A stretch of 64,000 bases of DNA from contig CM102287.1 in the NCBI GenBank assembly GCA_046563655.1, positions 10,416,001-10,480,000 on the forward strand. Reading direction: 5' to 3'. This document shows, piece by piece, positions 56,801 through 64,000 of this stretch (position 1 is its first letter; each line of letters opens with the position of its first letter). The DNA is from Yuukianura sp. NJ FZ-2021 (taxonomy: Eukaryota). Position numbers and translations under genes: made by a program. The notes beneath the pieces were generated by a model. The model did no database searches and was not told the origin of the DNA. It saw only the letters and a program-made list of their open reading frames with translations.

Positions 56801-59800
56801 GGATTTGGTGTTGGTTTTACTTGTGAGTAGCCCACATACGACCCATCGTCCTTCAGGATGTTGAAGGCCAAGATGTGACCTGCAGTCTCCGCAGAATCAA
56901 AGGGAGATGCAGAGTACACTTGGACCAGTGGAAGTCCATTTGAATGTTTCATTCTCACCATCATGCGATATGCATATCTACAAAAAACAACAAAACAAAA
57001 CTATTTTGACAGGAGACAAAAATAAAAAAAAATGAAAAGTTGTGTAAAAGTTTACTGGCAGAGGGAGAAAGTTCTGGTTTTGATTTTGTTGAGAGAAAGT
57101 CCAAGTGCGTCCCAGGAGTCAAATGCAGAGCCCAGAGCCAGAATGGACAAAAAGTCAACAGTTCCATCTTCAAATCTAACAAAATAAATAGAAAGTTGAA
57201 GAGAAGTGCGTGACCTCTGACCTCTCCTTCCTTACTTTCCCTCCAACTCCTTGCGAGGGACGTAGAAGTCTGATGTAGGGATGATCACTTGCACAGTTCC
57301 ACCTCCAACGTATCTCTTCTGCAGCAAGTGACCACTCGCTCTTCGCACTAACAGAGCTCCCAGTCCTGCAAACACAAAATAATTCAAACACTTTTAATAA
57401 CTTTCAATTGAAATGTAAAAATTATTACGAATTTTAATGCCATTAAGGATTAATCTCAACTAATATAAATTTTTAATTACGGGAGAATCAGAACTCAAAG
57501 TTTTAGGTGGCATGAAACTAAAGAGACAAAAAAATAAAAATTTAATTTATTGTTTTTTGTTACTTCCGCTGAAATTTAAAATAATTTCTATTCAGCTCTG
57601 TTTTGCATTTAATGCTTCTGGAAACTGAGGAGTGGCGTGTAACTTCTGAAACATTTGAGAAATTAATGTGTGCTTTCTGCACTTTCTTCTTCTTCCCAAC
57701 TACTTTGTATCTCTGCATAGGAATGATGGATGGTGGTGGAAGTTGAAGAAGCGGAGAAGGGAGAAAGTATGAATGGTAGAGTGGGAATCAATTTGAGTGA
57801 AAGTGGAAAGTAGAGTGTGTGAAAGGCCAGATTGAAATGAATAAAAGATGGTTGAATAATCCTGACAAGGGCCTCCCTCAAGTCCCCTCCGAAGGCCCTT
57901 CATAATTCAGGACGAAACTTTGTCCTTTATGACCTCACTTTGTCACTACACGACACATCTCAGGCTACACCAACTTACAAAAGTCACGCCCATTACTTAT
58001 TCACAGCCCAAATCCCATCTCGCCCTTTTTATTCCCAAATTATGAACTTTCCTTTTTTAATTTTCTCAAGACGCAACTTTGAAACACGAACAAAGTTGAG
58101 GTGAGTGGAGCTGGAAACTTTGTTTGTTCCCAAATTGCCAATTAGCCACAAACATCTACATCCAGCACACTTTCTCTCTAGGCACGTCTCACCCACTTCC
58201 TCAAGTACTTGGACATGTCCTCAACCAACTACCTGCAAACTCAACCTAACAAAATCCCCACCACCTACGTTTCATTTCACCTTCGCCCTTCAAAGTGTTT
58301 CTTCTCCAAAAAATTGGAAGAGGACTCTTGGAAAAAGCAAGGGAGGAATCTAATTCGTGTGGGTTTTGAGGTGAACTTTGAAATTGTGGAAGATGAAAGT
58401 GAAACTGACCAGTGGGGAATCCAAACATTTTGTAGAATGAGATGGCAGTGAAGTCTGGTCGGAATGTGGCCAGATCCAAATGGTTGGTCCCAACGAAAGC
58501 AGCTCCATCCAACATGACGTACCACTTTAGATCTTTTGGCAGTTGACCTTGTGACCTCCCGTGGATGGAGTGACCATTTAAATCATCACTGCTCAGTCCA
58601 TGTTTGTGGATGGTCTCAATCCACTTCAGAGGGTACTTGGTTCCAGAGAAATTACATTGAGCTGGAAATGCCACCAAGCCATTCGGCTGTCTGAAAACAC
58701 AAATCAACATACTAATCAGAAACGTTTTTTTTTTCGTTTGAAATCGTTGCATAAACGTTTATAATAGACTGTTATTTGGGAGTGTGAAATAAATGGAAAG
58801 GGAAAGTGTTGAGAGTGAAAGATGGCTTCCGGTTCCAGTGAAAGCGTTTTTTTGTTTCACTAAAACTTGCAACTCACACCACCTGTCCGCTTTCACATAT
58901 AGACACATCTGGGCAACGCGAGAAAAAATAATTAATTTTAAGTTTGAAAATAATTTGTTACAACTTTATCAAAAAAAGCAAATTTACATTAAAACGTATC
59001 TAACTATATAAAAAAGTTTTTTCTAGTAATTAATTGGTGATTTTGAGTATGATTTTGTACTAAATGTGACAATGAGAGCATATAAAAATAAATTGTAAAA
59101 AAAATCAGAATAATGCGTGCCCATCTGTGAAAAAGAGACGCTAAAGGGTGACGAGTTGTGCGGAAAGGAGCCGTTAGTGGAATCGCGGAGAATTATTCGT
59201 CTCTCCTTTCCTTTGTTTACATTTGTGTCCATTTACATTGGTGTCATCAGTCACTCTCATGACCTCAGTCTCATTTTTCAGTTGTTTCATTTGCATTCAC
59301 CTTTCGTCATCTTCACAATCGTCAAGACGTGCGTTGGTGATGTGGTTTGGAGTGCTGGAAGGGTGCTGGAGTGCTGTTGCCATGACATCCGCTGGAATGG
59401 CGAAGATTTGACCGCAAGGTGCTGTGGCTGCCACCACTTGGCGCATTCCTACGACGGAAGTGTGACTCTCCTCCATGTAGACAAAGGGCCCTGCAAGGTA
59501 AGGATAAACCACAAAGGGAGATGAGCTCATTTGGAACCTAACCAAGGTCTCTGTTCATTACCGCCGTAGAACCTGAAGCTCTCCGCAACCAATCGAAGGG
59601 CGGAAGTGGCTCCGGAAGTGAAGATCACTGCATACTCGTCCGAGTCCGTCCCAAAGTGACGCAGGATTCTGGAAAACCAACCATGCTTGCTACAGTCCAT
59701 GTCCTCAACTAAGGGTCTACGAAAGGACGGAAGGAAGAGGGAAATGGAATTCAGAATTGTGGACCATGAGTGCCAGGACGAAGGATCTCGTTAGATGTAA

Positions 59801-61307
59801 GCAAATGGAAAGCCAAATCCCTTTGTCACTTGTGTCAACATTCCCAATTAGGAGGGAGGGAGACGAATTGCCACTTTCCTTAGAGTCCTTCACTCCAGAG
59901 GGAAAGTGCTCAGGTGAATAAGGGCCCTCACACCTGAACCTCACAATAAATGGGAACATTCTTCAAGCTGACACTGGGAGAGCTCTTATGCCCAACAATA
60001 ATCGTTACTCTCTTCCCATAAACCAACGAATAATCCAATTCACTTTCTCTTTTAGACTTCCATTCTCACTGGAAACATGGAATCGTGGAGGGATGGAATG
60101 TTCTCGAGGGAGGAATCCGCTTCAAGGAGCAGACCAAGTAAGTTGGATTTGAATTCTAGGCTAAGGGCCCCTCAAGGGTCCATGTGAATCCTTCATTTGA
60201 GCAAGGGAAGTGGCTGGTGGTAATCCAAATATTCCTGAAGGGATTCCCTGGGATTTTCATCACTTTTGAACCTACTAGAGAAGGGAGGGTGGGAAATAAG
60301 GCTCTTTGACTTTCCTTCCAACTTTCCCTTTCATTGATTCCAATCGGCAGAGAGCCGCTCTCCAACTTTTCTCTCCCAAATTGCTTTCCCGCTTCTTTTG
60401 TGAGGCTCTATCAAGTGGGTAGTTGGATATGGAAATTTCCTCTATTTACTCTTCTCTTCCCTTGAACTTTCACTTTTGTTGAAGAAAGTAATTAGTGGAG
60501 GGGATTAGGAATGGAGGCAGGTAGAACATTTATCTTGGCCCACCCAGCCATCTTTCACCTGGTGCGGATCCTATCGATGGCATCAGTGCAGGCACTGCTC
60601 GATGGATTTCGAGAGTGCGGATTCCCAAAGACGCTTTCCAGAAGCGTAGAGGCATAGGCTTTGATGAGATTGTCTGGGTACAGGGTCGCCCCAGCATGGT
60701 CCAAGTAGATTTCATCTGAAACCAATCAAAACTCTGAGCAAGGAACAATTAACATGAATCCGTCCAAAGCCCATCAAACAGCTTTCTCCAATCAATTCCT
60801 TTCCACTTCTGATCACTCTCTTACGCTACTCACTTTCCAGAAATGAGAGTTTAATGAATCAAAGGAACAGCATTTCTCCTTTCTCCATTTCACCTGCCCC
60901 CCACTCCCCACAACTTTCCTACTTTTTACACAAACTTTAAACTTTTTCTCACAAACTTCTCTCGACTTTTCAAATTTTATGTGCCTTCCCTTTTCCTGAA
61001 ACTGACAGCTTTTTTATACACTCCAGCCTCCCTTTCCCATGAATAAGGAAACTTTTTAGCCAAGCTGAAACTGTTTCATTTTTGTAAGAAATTAGAAATT
61101 GGGAGAGTGTTTGCACAAAGTTATGGAGGGATGTGGGGGTTTGGAGAATTGTTCCTTGAGTTGCTACTTTTGTTTCTGTTTGATTTACTAATTAAGTGTC
61201 TCTGTAAAGTTCCAGGACTTACTTCCTACTCGTCCGAATTCCGCCTGGATCCGTTCCAGCTCTTCTTCTGTCAACACTTCGTCATAAGCGACACTCGGCA
61301 AGTCCAT
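53829..61307 (-). CDS. mal: Molybdenum cofactor sulfurase (maroon-like/MOCOS): PLP-dependent NifS-like domain + MOSC domain
   Basis: Exon-encoded motifs [86 protein letters not shown] and [15 protein letters not shown]. Confidence 0.95.
56267..56501. mobile_element. Degenerate Tc1/mariner-type MITE in a Moco sulfurase intron
   Basis: Starts TA|CAGGGTGTTCCAC. The 20-mer tgttccacgtaaaagtaaac (56272-56291) is perfectly inverted at 56477-56496; the right terminus is decayed and followed by TA. Confidence 0.75.
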
Positions 61308-64000
61308 CTCTACAACAAACTTAGGACGTAACTCTCTAATGTTATTACTACAACTCTCAACTACTCAATTTATAGAGAAGTGGGCAAATAACCACAACGG
61401 AGGAAAGAACTGGACTAAAATTCTGGAATTGCACAATAGTTTGCACAATAGATGAGGTAATTAGGAGGAGTGGTCCTGACTCCTGTCACCCACTTCCCAT
61501 CAACATTATACTTCTATTCCTCATCAAACAAATCCTCATGTTCTTTTGTTTATCAAGGACAACAGATCCAGAGTGTCCAGACAAGAGATGCGTAGTTGGA
61601 GGCTATTCATGGATCATCTCCCCTGGGAACTCCTTCCAATTCCATTCCAAATCCTCAATCTCTCCTCACCTGTGTCTCTTCTGCTCCAACAGACTCACTT
61701 CCATTTTATTTATGCTTCAAATTCAAATATTCTCTCTCTTCCCCTCGCTTTTCCTTAACCGTTACACAATCCAGTCCCAAATTTCCATCCGAGAAAGTTT
61801 GAGGAGCTCTGTCTCCACTTCCCATTCTTCTACCTGCCTTCCTTACAATTCTCATTTCCGCTTCATCGATCACCCTGCACACCTTCACTTGTGCTCAATT
61901 TGAATTGGAAACTGGGTGAGTTTGAGATGGTGATGAATGTGACAGAATTATTGTGCAATTAATTGTGAGTGGATGTTAATTCGGACTGAATTTGTTGGTA
62001 GGTCGGGGGATAGCCTGGGTTACTTCGGTTGGACTTGTGCTTTGGCTGTTTGGGATTCGGAGAGTTGCGTTGGAGAGGGAGGTTGAGTTCGGAAGAGTCT
62101 CAGTCTCATCGTTGCATTGGAGGGAACAGCTTCACTTTCAAAGTCACTACTGCACTCTCTCTCCGCAAGAGCACATCACAACCAAGGAAAAGGACAGGAA
62201 CTGAGGCTCTCAACAGACTTTGACCCCTTGACCTTCCCTTGTCCTTCCTCAGCATCCACGACCTACCCACCATCCCACCACCACTATCTCCACCCACCTC
62301 AACCTTCTACGGCTTCCTCTACGCTTCATTCAACCGCCTACAAGGTAAGACCAAGGTCCTCTTCTCTAACATATGATTTAAGCAGGAATTCATCGATTAA
62401 CAACTAAACATCAACAAACAGCCACTTTTAAGTTTTAAGTGATCACAATTGGATTAAGTAGCTTTTGATTGGATGAGTTTGTTGGTGGCTGACTTACACA
62501 TATAAGAATCTGATCTCATCCAGCACTTTTAAATCGTGGCGGTTATGCTAGGCAAGGTTTGTAATAAACCCATTAGTTCATTAATAGTTGCTAGGTTCAT
62601 CTATTCAGTCAGATTAGGGAAGTTAGTGTTGACCTAACTGGAAAAATGACGACGCATCTTACCAATGTCAGTTGAATTGAAATTGGCGCTATGTGATTGA
62701 ACAATTTTCAGTTTTATGTTTTGGTTGAGGAATTGGGTACTTATTTTAAATTTTATGGAAAGTTGAGGGAGAGAGACGTCTGAACTGAAAGGTAATGCAT
62801 CACCAGAGGCACTTTGGTCCATTATTGGAAGTAGGCCCAACGTTTGGATTTGTGAGTAGTCGATTTGGTTTGTTGAAAATACAATGGTGGACTTATTGTA
62901 AGGGCTAACGCTAAGGGTCCACGCCATTTTACCAAAAATACATCCATTGTACAAGCCTAGTCCCCATTCAAATCCACATATTTTTAGACGGAGTTTTAGT
63001 CTATCCATTTTTATTTTTGGTCGAATTTTTAGTCGGTCCATTTTTGTGGTGGAGTTTAATGGCGTCCTACTCTTGCAGTGTTTTACATGTGAAATATTTC
63101 ACTTTTCACTGGAAAATGAAAAGAATTGAAAAATACATGCAATGAAATAATACCTTTGCAGCTTCTTTAATATATTTCACTCAAATATTTCAATTTCTTT
63201 CACGTTTTTTTCAATTTGTTTCAGCGAAATAAAAGAAGACGTAGATGAAATTTTCAGTTAATTTCACTTGTTTTTTTTTTTCAATTTTTGAAGTTGAAAA
63301 ATTGATCATTGATCTCTGTTGGAAATTTAGATAGTGAATGTGGTGCTATTCTGCATTAGAAATGTATTCCCACTAGAGGTTTGTGTTTAAAGTTAACTGG
63401 GTATTGGGTTTTGTTAGATGGGGAGTGTATGATTTTGATTGGGCGGAGTGATTAATGGAAGTGTGTATGATTGATGGCTGGATGAGTAGACTCATCATCA
63501 CTCTTAACTCCTCATTTAATTCCTTCCATTTCCTGAGAAAGTAACAATGCATACTTTGTTACTTGGATGGAGAAAGTAAGGAAGGAGAAAGTCTAAATAA
63601 TGAACACAAAGTCCTATTGATTTTTACCCCCACTTTCTCCTCGGATTGACCACTCACCTGGATCAATAGTTGGGGAGGCAGAGGTTGGAATCTAATTATG
63701 CTACGCATCACTCACTCCCTTGAATCCCATTACTATGCTCCTTGGTTGTAATGATGTGCCAAGCCAAGGCCATTCCCCAGACACCCCTCTGCCCCCTCAC
63801 CCGTGAAATTAACCCTCCATCATGTGTTGAGAACCTCATTAGCCCACCTTCCACGGCCTCAACTGGAGTCAGATCCAGTGAATGATGAATGGGCTAAGGT
63901 GGATTTGGATTTGTCTTCATTACTTCCTTCCAGAGATGGATGGACCATTAGCATTCCAGCCACAAAGTGGAAACAAAGTATCATCCACACAACTTACTTC

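Noticed and set aside
62460..63300. Possible transposon remnant with a short duplicated motif (135-aa minus ORF beginning MDRLKIR/MDRLKLR)
   Set aside because: No termini, TSD or recognisable protein motif could be defined by eye.

Overview
Gene-dense eukaryotic DNA with short introns (mostly 50-120 nt). It is most likely from a hexapod, inferred from a classic six-cysteine odorant-binding protein, a Tramtrack-type BTB/Psq factor and (TTAGG)n repeats. About 16 spliced or single-exon genes can be modelled by eye: a large RS/Lys-rich protein (cut off at the window start), an orphan coiled-coil gene, DCTN6, a single-pass membrane protein, a BTB-Psq factor, an SLC35D/frc-like transporter, a small secreted protein, Gbx/unpg, two signal-peptide+TM+Cys proteins, an OBP, Cul1, CTDSPL2, a bZIP factor, pyruvate kinase, NEMP and Moco sulfurase. 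The non-coding DNA holds a 3.4-kb modular satellite block and four non-autonomous inverted-repeat elements. Most notably, two sequence-unrelated elements (1705 bp and 233 bp) are each flanked by the same TCAA duplication. The larger carries a 176-bp satellite; the smaller is a near-complete hairpin whose loop is four arthropod telomere repeats. Exon boundaries were derived manually and no database searches were run.
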